DNA of 64,000 bases. Source: Yuukianura sp. NJ FZ-2021 (taxonomy: Eukaryota). The notes beneath the pieces are model-generated. The model did not search any database. It was not told the DNA's origin and was given only the letters and a program-made list of their open reading frames with translations. Location: assembly GCA_046563655.1 (NCBI GenBank), contig CM102285.1, forward strand, positions 10,106,001 through 10,170,000, given 5' to 3'. Both the position numbers and the translations under genes were made by a program. Shown here piece after piece: positions 45,917 through 57,245 of the stretch; the first letter of the stretch is position 1; the number at the start of each line of letters is the position of its first letter.

Positions 45917-45954
45917 TATATAAGACGCTGGAGAAATTTCAAAAGTCATCATTC
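45917..45954 (+). promoter_or_regulatory. TATA box + Inr of the Pro-rich repeat gene
   Basis: TATATAA at 45917-45923; TCATTC at 45949-45954; ATG at 46020. Confidence 0.55.
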
Positions 45955-46019
45955 AGCCTTTGCCTAACTCCCAAAGTCAGGTAGAGCTACAGTCCAGCAA
46001 CGAAACAAAGGGTTTTAAA

Positions 46020-47231
46020 ATGGAGTCATCCGCAGTTGTTTTCGTAGCCTTGTTGGCTATGGCCCATGGGTTCATCCTTCCACCTCCGGTTATCGTAACG
46101 CCAGGAATTAACCCAGGGTATGAGTCGCCAAGCTTCAACCCAGCACCGGCCAACCCCGGGTACGAATCGCCAACTTTCAATCCAGCACCGGCCAACCCAG
46201 GATACGAATCGCCAACTTTCAATCCAGCACCGGCCAATCCAGGGTACGAATCGCCAACCTTCAACCCAGGGTATGAGTCACCAACCTTCAACCCAGCACC
46301 AGCCAACCCAGGGTACGAATCGCCAACCTTCAACCCAGGGTATGAATCGCCAACCTTCAACCCAGCACCGGCCAACCCAGGGTACGAATCGCCAACGTTC
46401 AACCCAGGCGCTGGAACACCAATCACAACCCTGCCAGTAGGGAGCGGAAGCGGTAGCAACCACGGGGGATGCAGCGACGACTCACCAATCTCCACCATGC
46501 CAGTAGAATTACCAGCACCAATCTCCACCAAACCAGCTCCAGCTCCAGTACCAGTGGAATTGCCAGCACCCATCTCCACCAAACCAGCTCCAGCTCCAGT
46601 GCCAGTGGAATTGCCAGCACCCATCTCCACCAAACCAGCTCCAGCTCCAGTGCCAGTGGAATTGCCAGCACCAATCTCCACCAAACCAGCTCCAGCTCCA
46701 GTGCCAGTGGAATTGCCAGCACCAATCTCCACCAAACCAGCTCCAGCTCCAGTGCCAGTGGAATTGCCAGCACCAATCTCTACCAAACCAGCTCCAGTGC
46801 CAGTGGAATTACCAGCACCAATTTGCACCATGCCAGTTGAAGGTCCGACCAATAAGCTTCCAGTCGAGACGCCAGTTGCCCTTCCAGCTCCAGTCGAGAC
46901 GCCAGTTGCCACCCAGCCAATTGTCCTGCCAGCTCCAGTCGAGACGCCAGTTGCCCTTCCAGCTCCAGTCGAGACTCCAGTTGCCCTTCCAGCTCCAGTC
47001 GAGACGCCAGTTGCCACCCCGCCAATTGTTCTTCCAGCTCCAGTCGAGACTCCAGTTGCCCTTCCAGCTCCAGTCGACACGCCAGTTGCCACTCAGCCAA
47101 TTGCCCTTCCACCTCCAGTGCACGCTCCAATCTCCACTCGCCCAGCCCCAGAGAGTCCCACCAAGCTTCCAAGCCCAGTTCAAATTCCTGCTGGAGTTCA
47201 CATTGGACGACCACAATACATTCCATACTAA
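46020..47231 (+). CDS. Intronless secreted proline-rich tandem-repeat protein (mucin/extensin-like or cuticular)
   Basis: AAAATGG start context; signal peptide MESSAVVFVALLAMAHG; three Pro-rich repeat blocks; upstream TATA; AATAAA about 70 nt after the stop. Confidence 0.85.
   Translation: MESSAVVFVALLAMAHGFILPPPVIVTPGINPGYESPSFNPAPANPGYESPTFNPAPANPGYESPTFNPAPANPGYESPTFNPGYESPTFNPAPANPGYESPTFNPGYESPTFNPAPANPGYESPTFNPGAGTPITTLPVGSGSGSNHGGCSDDSPISTMPVELPAPISTKPAPAPVPVELPAPISTKPAPAPVPVELPAPISTKPAPAPVPVELPAPISTKPAPAPVPVELPAPISTKPAPAPVPVELPAPISTKPAPVPVELPAPICTMPVEGPTNKLPVETPVALPAPVETPVATQPIVLPAPVETPVALPAPVETPVALPAPVETPVATPPIVLPAPVETPVALPAPVDTPVATQPIALPPPVHAPISTRPAPESPTKLPSPVQIPAGVHIGRPQYIPY
46110..46409 (+). 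repeat. Coding tandem repeat block 1: 42-bp unit (NPGYESPTFNPAPA) with 27-bp truncated units
   Basis: Eight NPGYESP(T/S)F cores visible in the translation. Confidence 0.9.
46500..46832 (+). repeat. Coding tandem repeat block 2: 51-bp unit (PVELPAPISTKPAPAPV), about 6.5 copies
   Basis: Near-identical DNA units ccagtggaattgccagcaccaatctccaccaaaccagctccagctccagtg. Confidence 0.9.
46860..47120 (+). repeat. Coding tandem repeat block 3: 30/45-bp units (PVETPVALPA / PVETPVATQPIVLPA)
   Basis: Repeated ccagtcgagacgccagttgcccttccagct units. Confidence 0.9.
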
Positions 47232-47717
47232 ACCTGAAAACCTTTGACCTTGTCACAAATTTTGATTCTTAAAATTTCTTGACCTACAAATTGGAGCAAA
47301 TAAAAAGAGAGCATTCAAAAAACCAAAAAGCCTCGGAGTGGTGAATTATTTATTTAACTCAAATTAACTAATAGTACATCCAAATACGAATTTAAGAGCA
47401 TCGGTAAGTTATTGAAATTTATTGACAATGTTTGACACTTCATTTGTCAAAAAATATATTTGGGTCCATATTCCCCAATAGATTTTGACGAAAGCGTAAG
47501 CCCATGTCCTCCGCACCAGTGTGGTTGGTTTGAGAGTTCGGATGATTAGATAAATGAAATAATTAACGGTTTTCCTGTTAATTAATGGAACAATGGGGTT
47601 TTACCTCTCAGCGAATCTCAAACTTTCCTTATCACTTTTCTCCACTTATAAATTAGCCATTAACATCAGTTGGCCGTGATACAGTAGCTGCCTTTCACTT
47701 TTTTTACGTGTTGAAAA

Positions 47718-49670
47718 ATGTACAAATCGCTTGTGCTTCTACTTGCCCTAATCCTAGGGTCAGTAATTGCAGAAAAAGTTAAGTATAATGGTCATAAAGT
47801 GTTTAGAATAATCCCTGAAAATGAAAAACAAGTGGAGATAGTCAAGAACCTGGAAACGCTTGGAGTAAGTTTGCAGAATGGCTTCAAAAATTTTAATGAG
47901 AATCGCAAATTTCGAAATATTGATCTCAATCATATTTTTATTTTATTTATTTCAGCTTTCTTTCTGGAATGGACCAAATCCGCCAAACCAAAGCTCAGAC
48001 GTTATGGTCCCTCCGCAATTGCTCCACATCATGGATTCTTTAAGAGGTCGAGGACTGGAAGTATCTGAATTCATTTCAGACGTTCAACGGTAAGGCATTG
48101 AGGAATTAAGTTTTTCAAAAATTTTATTAGACTAACTTAACCTCATTTTTGAATTGTAGTGTAATCGATGAGACCAGCAAGGTCGTGGCTAAGCGAAGCA
48201 TGAATGAGGCTTTCGCCTTTGATCAGTATCACACTTTCGATGATGTAAGTAACGAAAGTTATGATTTCAAGAAAAAATTGTTTTTTTTTTTCGAATTTCT
48301 GCTAATAAAAGTTTTTATGCGTAGATCATTGCCTGGGTCAAAGAGCAAGCAGCAGCTCATCCGGACATCGCTTCTGCCTTTCCAATTGGTACTTCCTACG
48401 AAGGGCGTGAACTCCTCATGCTTAAAATTTCAACACCTTCTGATGAACCAAAACGAGCAATTTGGTTAGACGCCAACATTCATGCGAGGTAGAGGGATTT
48501 TGAACTTTCGAAATTTTGGAATTGAGATTATATCGAAATTTTTTCAACGTTTAGAGAGTGGATTACAAGTGCCGTTACTGTATACATTATCAACGAATTG
48601 CTCAATGGAAACAACCCAGTTTACAAATCATGGATCGAAGACTATGACTGGTAAGCCAAAATTTTGGGGTCTCAAGTATATTAAAAAAATTATCACATTA
48701 TTCTAACATTTTTTCATAAATAGGTACATTCTGACAGTACATAATCCTGATGGCTTCGTTTATTCACACGATGAGGTATGCCGAACTTAAGAGAAAACTG
48801 CAAATTCATGTGTTAAAATTGTAAACAATTGTTTTAAAAATTTTATGCTGGTAGGATCGTATGTGGCGAAAGACGCGTTCAATCAATCCAGACAACCAAG
48901 GCTGCCCAGGAGCTGATCCCAACCGAAACTGGGACTTTCACTGGATGGGTAAGTTCAACTTTCACTTGGAAAAGTAACTTCAAATTTTTTAAACATAAAT
49001 TCACAAATTATAATTCTTCAAAAGGCGGCGGTTCATCCCCATTTCCATGCTCAGACACATATGCCGGTACATCAGCATTTTCAGAACCAGAGACCCTGCT
49101 GACCTCACAATTTATCAACACAATTGCTGCTGACCTCGACGGCTTCATTTCTCTCCATTCCTACAGCCAGTTGATCCTCATTCCTTATGGAGTTGACGTT
49201 GAATTTGAAGGTCATAAAGTCCATGTAAGTCACTGATACCTTGAGGTCAAAAAGTCGCATGCGACAATTCTCCATATTTAACTGCAAATGGAATACTTTC
49301 AGATGGATATTGGTCTACGTGCTGCCGATGCAATTGCTGCTGTACATAACACAGAGTTCACTCCAGGAAACATTATAGATCTGCTCTGTAAGATTCTTAG
49401 AAAAACTCAAAAGTTTTAGAAATTCGAAACTGAAAAATTGAAAATCTTATGGCAATGTAATTTTTAGATGTTGCCAGTGGCGGAAGCATGGACTGGGCCA
49501 GGGGCGTACACAACATTCCGTTGACCTACACATTTGAACTCCGAGACAAAGGTCGATATGGCTTCCTTCTTCCAGCAGACCAAATCATTCCAAGTGCCGA
49601 AGAGCTTCTGGCGGGACTTAACGTTATGGTTGATGCTATTCGAGATGGAATTCCCCAATCCAGGAAATAA
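47718..49670 (+). CDS. Zinc carboxypeptidase, M14A family, with signal peptide and prodomain (copy 1)
   Basis: [18 protein letters not shown] signal; prodomain YNGHKVFRI; Zn ligands NIHAR|EW and [41 protein letters not shown]. Confidence 0.95.
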
Positions 49671-50398
49671 GTTATACTAAAAAATAAGTTTCTTAACTCG
49701 ACAATCCTGTTCTTAAAGTGTGAAACTCCTCGACTTCAACAATGATAATTACTTAATTGTGATAAAAATTACGTGTAAAACTGGTAATTTGACAAAAATA
49801 ATTTAAGTCATCACGAAATTCGCAAAATAAATTAAGTGGATTTATTTTCAGTTGCTAAATTGTTCAAGTACATACTACAAAACATGTTTGACAATAGCAT
49901 TTCCTAAACTGAATAAAACACGTGCCATGCTCTTACATACGCCACTAACCACTTGAATTAACCTCGTATTAGATTACTTACTTTCAAGTGCTCAAAAGGC
50001 TAATCGGAGTAACCTACGTAATTAGAATCGAGCGTCATTCCATGGAATTTTTGTTTTTACTTGAAAATACTTATTCAACTGAGTCCATCATATTTAATCT
50101 TGTCACTTTTTTGTCGTATCGTTCAAACTTCCAAAGTAACCCCGAAAAGTTTGGAAATTCAAAGTTGATTGTCGATGCTCAAGATAAAATTAGAAAACTG
50201 GGCGTTTTTTACTTCTTGCTCATAACATTATGACCTTTAGATGTTTATCTGACCTTTGAGCATGCCCTGGAGCAATGACTTGGCTTTTTTGTAAGAGTAG
50301 AAATAAAAAATATACGCCTAATTTAGATTTTTCGGTGAAGAAAAAGAAATTTGTCTCGACTTTGAAATAGTCTAGAACCAACATTCGAGAAAGTAAAA

Positions 50399-52362
50399 AT
50401 GAAATTGTTTCTTTTCTTGTCGTGCCTTTTGTCCTGCACCATAATTGTTGCTTTTGCAAGCAAAGTTCGGTATGACGGGTACAAAGTCCTACGGTTGACA
50501 CCTCGGACGGAAGAGCATGTCAAGCTTATCGAAAAATTCAAACGTGTGAAAGGGGTAATGTGAGATTCCAAAAATCCTCATATTTTAGTAACAATTGATC
50601 AATAACCAAAATCTGAATTTTCATGATCCTGTTTTAGATCATGTTTTGGAGAGGTCCGTCGTCACAAATCGGAGTTGAATCGGACATCATGGTTCCACCG
50701 CACTTGGGCGTGGATTTACTTCAGGCTGTCAAGGACTCAGGAATTGAAAATGAGCAATACACTGATGATGTGCAAAAGTAAATCTCAAAAAATGAAGTTG
50801 ACATCATTTCGGCAAAGATGTAACTTGACAGTATTTCATAATTACATCAACTGCTTTTAGGTTAATTGATTCCGAAAGCACTATGAACGAAACGAAAGGC
50901 TCTCGTCTCAATTGGCAACATTATGCGGAACTTGGCACCGTAAGCGTTCAACACAGACACAAAAAATAGGTTACAAGTTAATACAAGTTTGAAATTTCGA
51001 AATTACTTTTACCATTATGTCTTTAGATTTATCAATTTTTGGAGGAACAATCGACACTTCATCCAGAAGATGTGTCACTTTTTACAATTGGAAAAAGTTT
51101 TGAGGGAAGAGAATTGAAAGTACTGAAAATTTCGAAAGGGTCAAAGGTCAAACCAGGAATTTGGGTTGACTCTAATATCCATGCTAGAGAATGGATTTCC
51201 GGAGCCGTAGTTACGTTCATGATCAATGAATTACTTAACGGCCAAAATCCTGTAATTAAGTCCTGGGCGGATGACTTTGACTTTTATTTTTTGCCTGTTG
51301 TCAATCCCGATGGATTTGTCTACAGTCATACAGTAGTGAGTGCTTCAAATTTTTAACTTTTGAAAATTCAACGAAAATGAAATTTTTACAGTAATTTTTT
51401 CATTTTTACAAATTCTCAATTTTAGGATCGGATTTGGAGAAAGACACGCTCAAAGACATCAACTTCGCTTTGCTACGGTGTTGACGCAAACCGAAATTTT
51501 GGTTTTAGATGGCACAGTAATCAACGCAGACATAATTGAAAGCACTTCTTGTGCTAAGTTGCACTTTCACGATTTCACTCGTTACTTTTGAAATGTTATT
51601 TCAGGCGGAGGTTCCAGTTCTGATCCATGCGACGATACTTATTGCGGACCGGCAGCATTTTCCGAGCCAGAAACAGTTGCAATTTCTGAGTACTACACCA
51701 GCATTGCACCTAACCTTGTTGGATTCATTACTCTCCATAGTTACGGCCAACTGATTCTTCTGCCCTATGGAGTTACGGGTGTCTACTATCCAGAACAAAG
51801 GAATCATGTAAGGCTCTTGAAATTGTACATTCCCTAACGCTCAAGTTCTCACTTTCAAAATTTTCTAAAATTTCAGCTCCGAATTGCTCAGAAAGTTCAA
51901 CGAGCCTTGGCCAGACGGCAAGGAACACGATTTCGAGCTGGTTCAATTACAGATGTACTTTGTAAGACTGCTGAAATTGATGAATTCCAGATGAATCCAG
52001 TACACAATTAAAAGTTGACCTTGAATTCGACCTTTGATTTAGATACTGCTTCCGGGGGTTCCATTGACTGGGTCAAGGCATATCATAACACTAACCTAAC
52101 ATTTGTTTTTGAGCTTCGTGATACTGGAAGAAGCGGATTCATGCTTCCTGCTAACCAAATCATTCCAAGTGGCAATGAATTCCTAGATGGATTTCAAGTA
52201 ATTGTGGACGAATTGAGAGTTGGAGTTCAACCTTCGTCCAAATCAAACGCAATTCTCAGAATGGGGTCACCACTTGTACGACCACTTGACCTCGACAGCC
52301 AAACTTTCGGGGCAATTCCAGACAAGAATGCTCCAATTATTGCAGGGTTCCGGAGATTCTGA
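50399..52362 (+). CDS. Zinc carboxypeptidase, M14A family (copy 2, tandem paralog, C-terminally extended)
   Basis: MKLFLFLSCLLSCTIIVAFA signal; YDGYKVLRL; DSNIHAREWIS; NPDGF; RIWRKTR; DANRNF; LHSYGQ; YTASGGSIDW; FELRD; ~45-aa tail. Confidence 0.95.
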
Positions 52363-52542
52363 AAATCAAATTTGTTAATTGTTAGAACTTGAATCAATAA
52401 AACTAAGTTTTCTATTTCTTTTCTAACCTTTTTTTTATACTTTTCTATTAGTTCCGGACTCATATGGCTTGCAATCCGATTTATTGTCATTTTTCTTTAT
52501 TTTTGACGACTAGAAATTTGGACCAAAAAATTTCGAATTTCA

Positions 52543-54016
52543 TCAAGTGATGTTGATTTTAGATACAAAGTAGGTATTGTCAGGATTCTCCAGCGTTGCT
52601 TCTGAAAATGAGCCCTTCTGAATCCAAGTGTCTTTTCGCAATTGGCTCAAGGTCCTTCGATTTTCTGGATACGGTTCCAGCAAAGTGTAAAGAAACGATT
52701 TCACCTCCCGTGTCAAAATAGTCACCAACTGTTGTAGAAGGAACAAAACACAACTTCAATTTTCGAATTTGAATTAGTCTGTAAAATATTTTTAATTGAG
52801 ATCCAGTTTTGCTAATCATACCTTGCTCCGAATCTTCCAGGCTCTTGACATTTGAGCTTCATAAAGTTTTCGCAAACTTGAGTCATCAAACGGCATTGCC
52901 TTGTTTAACATTATATACAGTACAACGCCTACAACAACAAAAGAGTTACGTTCTGGCTTGAAAAAACAGTTATGAATGTAAGGTCAAAGGTCATAAAAGG
53001 TTTACCAAGAGACCACAGATCTAAAAAACCAAAACAGAAATCACTTTTTAAACAATTCTGCTTAAAAAATTCAATCCATTCTGGACTGAGATTAACATCT
53101 AACCTGCCAGTTTAGGATTGTATGGATTTCCATGGACAACTTCTGGTGGCGCGTACATTACTAAAGAATAGCAACTTTTTCAAATGGTAATTTTTTTTAG
53201 TAACGACGCAATGCTTACCGGAACCACAAAAAGTCTGCGATTTCTCGTCTCCGTCCTGGAAGATTCTCGCGAATCCAAAATCGGCTATTTTGACATTCCA
53301 AACGCCCGTGAGCAAAATGTTTTCACACTTCAAGCTGCAAGAGAATCGAATGTTAACAGATTACAAGATTGCGCTAGCCATATTTATTCTCACCTATTCA
53401 ATTTAAATAACAGAGTTGATAAAATCACTTACTCTCTGTGTGCAATATTCTTTTGGTTGTGCAAATAATCCAATCCTGAAAAATGGAAGGGCATAGTGAA
53501 AAACCATGTTTGAAACAAAAAAAAAAGACCAAAATAAAATTGCAGCAAATACAAACCGTCAACGATTTGTGAAAACCATCTTCGTGCTCTGTTTTCTCTG
53601 ATGGCTCCATATGCTTTCATAAAGGTCAATAAGTCTCCATTTGTGCAGTAGGTCATGAACAGATAGTATTTTCCAGTCAACTTCAGAATTGAGTGAATTC
53701 GAACCACGTAGTGATGATTGACTTTACAAATTACTGCGATCTCTCTGGGAAAGAACTTGCGGAGGAAATCTTTAGGGGCTTTGGCTCCATCGATGACCTT
53801 GCAAGCCAAAATTTGTTTGCGACCTTCATGGGCCCCCGTGGCTTTGGGGTCAATGAACTCTGAAATGTAGACTTTAGCATAGGCTCCTTCACCTAACAAT
53901 TTCCCCATGGTGTATCCAGATTTTCGCAGAGAAACGTCATCTCCATACAAAGTCGATGAAGGTAGCTTGATGATCTTACTGCTTTTGCCAAGGAGCTCAT
54001 CAAGTCCGTCAGACAT
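52543..54016 (-). CDS. Tssk: Testis-specific serine/threonine kinase (TSSK family)
   Basis: LGEGAYAKV, LACKVID..KAPKDFLRKFFPRE, HRD|LKCENILL (the LKCEN motif is characteristic of TSSKs), KIADFGFAR, SQTFCGS, DLWSLG; stop at 52543. Confidence 0.92.
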
Positions 54017-54595
54017 TTTTTGGACTTCAATTCAATTCAAACAAAAAGTTGTTTTGAATTTTGACATGGACATAACCCAGGGGAGTTGGCGTGGCTGTTT
54101 GCTCCTGGAACTGGAGCGCGGGAGTAGCTGGAGGATTGAATTGTTCCAGATGACAACACAGCCGTGCAAATTGACCTACTTCTGACTTTGGAATTTGTTT
54201 TGACTTTGAGTTTGTCAAGATTTTTTGAGAAGTAAACAGAAAGTGTTTTGTAAAGTTTCTTTTTCTTTTTTACAAGAATCTGAAACAGGATGAGCATAGT
54301 TTGTTGAGTAATTATTTCTTCATTGTCAAAACAATCATTGCCCTGGCACCATCGTAATGGTAAGTTATAGAAATTCTGTAACCCTAGCTTAGCATTAGCT
54401 GAAAACTTATTCGCTATAGTTATTTTGTGGTTAGAAAGTTCCATAGCTTGGTCTCTTTTGTGCTTTACACTCATGCTGAGTCACCCAGCGATCAATATTT
54501 TGCTGGGCTAGGCATGCTATAAATCGCTGCGTGTCACATCTTATTCAGGTCAGTCATGAATACTGTTAGTAAAGCGTATATTTTTGTTTAACTAG

Positions 54596-55973
54596 GCAAG
54601 CTGCGCCGATTGTTGCACCGACGGCGAAGTAACAGCACAGGAAACTCGGGGGCAAGAAACTACTCCAGGAAGTTCGTGCTCCAGCACTCCAAAGATTAAG
54701 AACTCAGTCAAAATAGAAAGTTCAGTCAAAACTGAATTAACTGAGAAGCAAATGGCGGACATCAAAGAGGCCTTTGATACATTGGACTACGACAAAACTG
54801 GATTCATCTGCACAAGAGATCTCAAGGTAAAATATATGCTGCTGAAATAACAATGAACTTTCGATGTGAGTTATTGCTGACATCAATTAAGAACCGATTT
54901 GATAAAATCTTTGAAATTAAGTAATAAGTAAATGGTAGGGAAAAACTTACGTTAAATAAGTGAAGTAAAAAATTAAGGATAATAGGGACGGTAGTCTCGA
55001 GTAAACTTAATGGACTTCTCTAGTTTCATTGAACAGTGAAAGGGGTAGTGGTGTCGAGTAAAATAGTGGACTCGTCCGATTTAATTCATAATTTTATTTC
55101 CTTCATAACTTTACAACTTTACACACGAAAGGAATTTCTTACTACAGCCAATCAGCGTTCAGGTTCAAAATCCTTTTCGTAATTGGGGCGTATAGATGGC
55201 GAGACCGTCTTTGTTGTTAAGTTAAGACAAGAAATTATAACTGGAATTTCTTAATTAAACTTGATCTAACTTAATCTTAACTTGAGCTTTAGTAATTAAA
55301 GTGTAACTAACCATTTGATTTGAATTACACTTAAGTACTGCTAATAGTGTTGTCTACATACCTCACACATGATTTTCTTGTTTGATTTTCAGATTGCTTT
55401 ACGAGCAATGGGATTTGAACCCCGAAAAAACGACATCAAGAAGATCACAGAGCAAATCGACAAGAAAAATACTGGTATGAAGTCAAACGATTCTATAAAT
55501 TGATTGGTTGTAACTTGAATATCTTTGTATTAATTGTGCTTTTTGTTGATAATACAAATAGGAAAAGTCAGTTTCAGTGATTTTCAATCCTTGATGACAA
55601 CAAAGCTTGCAGAGAAAGACAACAAAGAAGAAATCAGCAAAGCATTTAAATTGTTTGACCGTGATCAAATTGGAAAAATCACGTTTCAAAATCTGCAGCA
55701 AATTGCTAACGAATTGGGGGAAACGCTGAACGATGATGAAATAATGGTACTAACTTCTACCTTAAAAATAGCAGTTACTAAAAGTAATCGGAAGTGCATG
55801 TGTGCGAATGTGAATAGTCAAATTGAAATTACTGTAATTGCAAAATCTACAAAAGTAGGAATTAGTTTTTTTTTCTGATTCAGGAAATGATAACTGAGGC
55901 GGATCAAGATGGAGATGGGATGGTTTCCTGTGATGAGTTCTTCCGTATTATGAAAAAGACGAGCCTATACTAA
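54596..55973 (+). CDS. Cetn: Centrin (caltractin), four EF-hands; 5' start unresolved
   Basis: [66 protein letters not shown], and the centrin C-terminus RIMKKTSLY*. Exons approximately 54596-54826, 55393-55475, ~55562-55746, 55883-55973. Confidence 0.92.
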
Positions 55974-56488
55974 AAGCACACAAGTCATTAGCACTCTACG
56001 GGCCTATAGTAATTAATCACACAAGTTAAAGATCTCACTTTACGATATTTACATAAGTTTCCACATTTCCGTAAGACAATGAGTGATTCAGTTCTTTACA
56101 ACTCGAGAGACATTATGTTTCAATTGTTATGCTAGATACGACTAAGTATTGACAACTGATTAATTTATTTTCACGCTTCGTTACTTCTTCTGTTTAACAA
56201 ATCACAAAACAAATACAATTTATTCACATTGTTTCAAAATCGATGATGATGAGATCTCTGTCTCTTGTTCTCAAGAAGAAAGGAAAAGAAAGCAGAATTT
56301 AAGTAGAATTCAGTTTCAGTGTTTACTCAAATTCATTGTTATTACAAATGCAAATTCAAACTTTCATAATATGGCGAGATCTGCATACCCAAACATTCCT
56401 CCTCGTAAAATGATGCATAGACGCAATGGAGGTCGACAAAAAGTAGGTTGACGTAATGGTGAAAGTACAACTGTTTGTACTTGTTCAA

Positions 56489-57245
56489 TTATTTTGCAGG
56501 AGCGTCTTTTTTCTTCGACTTCCCAATTTTTCCACTTTTGGATTTTTTCACTTTAGGGCCAGTTTTTGAAACAGCGACTGGAACAGACTCTACTTTCGGT
56601 TTTTCTTCCTGCTGGGTTTCTTCATCTTCAAATTCTTCTTCTTCATTCCAATCTTCTCCAGGAAATTCGTCTTCATTTTCCAATTGACCTGAACGTACCA
56701 GGAATCCGTGGAGACGCTCATTCTCCGTTTGAGCGTACATTACCTGCAGGACATAAGGTACTTAAGTCAACTCAGAACCGTAAGGTACAAGAAGCATTAG
56801 CTACTTTTTTTTTACCAAAGTGCGTAGCTGACTTAATTCGTTACGCAGGGAAATGACCCCTTCGCTCCACTTGGTGACCTGACCTGCTTCACACATTTGT
56901 TCCACAATGAAGCGCATGGGGTCATCCGGTTTAGGCTTCTGAGCACATAAGTTTCCTAGGGCTTGATTCAAAGCCTTTGTGACTCCAGTCATGTTCAAAT
57001 AGCGTTCGAATTCAAACACCCGCGGGTTGGCCTAATAACAGATCAGAGAAATTTAGGCAGGAAAAGATGGCGAGGTTTTGCCCGAGGTGGCAAAATTTTG
57101 CACTAAATCGGAATGCTGTTTAAGTTACATGAGATGGACGCCGACAGGGAAAGGTTTTCAGCAGTTCAGCACCATTCTTCATCTTCTTCCCTTCGTCCTG
57201 GTGACCTGTGACCTCCTTTCCAGAGTCAACTGACCTCGCATCCAT
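56489..57245 (-). CDS. c-Myc-binding protein (MYCBP/AMY-1)-like protein with RIIa/Dpy-30-type docking domain, coiled coil, acidic and Lys-rich tail
   Basis: Exons 57245-57129, 57031-~56816, ~56743-56489. FERYLNMTGVTKALNQALGNLCAQKPKPDDPMRFIVEQM parallels the MYCBP pattern FRRYLEKSGVLDTLTKVLVALYEEPEKPNSALDFL; then SLRNELSQLRTL...ENERL. Confidence 0.65.

Noticed and set aside
46110..46860. Regular direct repeats resembling a CRISPR array
   Set aside because: Units are head-to-tail with no unique spacers, are multiples of 3 within an ORF, and the DNA is eukaryotic with no cas genes.
45977..47256. Long antisense ORFs (371 aa Gly/Ala/Thr-rich, superficially silk- or antifreeze-like) and alternative-frame ORFs
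   Set aside because: They mirror the CCA-rich coding repeat. The + strand has the TATA box, signal peptide and polyA signal, and the antisense product lacks a regular Gly-X-X period.
47500..47545. tRNA-like 3' end (tcctccgcacca)
   Set aside because: No cloverleaf, T-loop or A/B boxes can be built around it.
54900..55350. Enlarged centrin intron with an imperfect direct repeat (ggtagt..tcgagtaaa..tggact) suggesting a TE remnant
   Set aside because: No terminal repeats or target-site duplication identifiable; cannot be supported without a genome-wide search.
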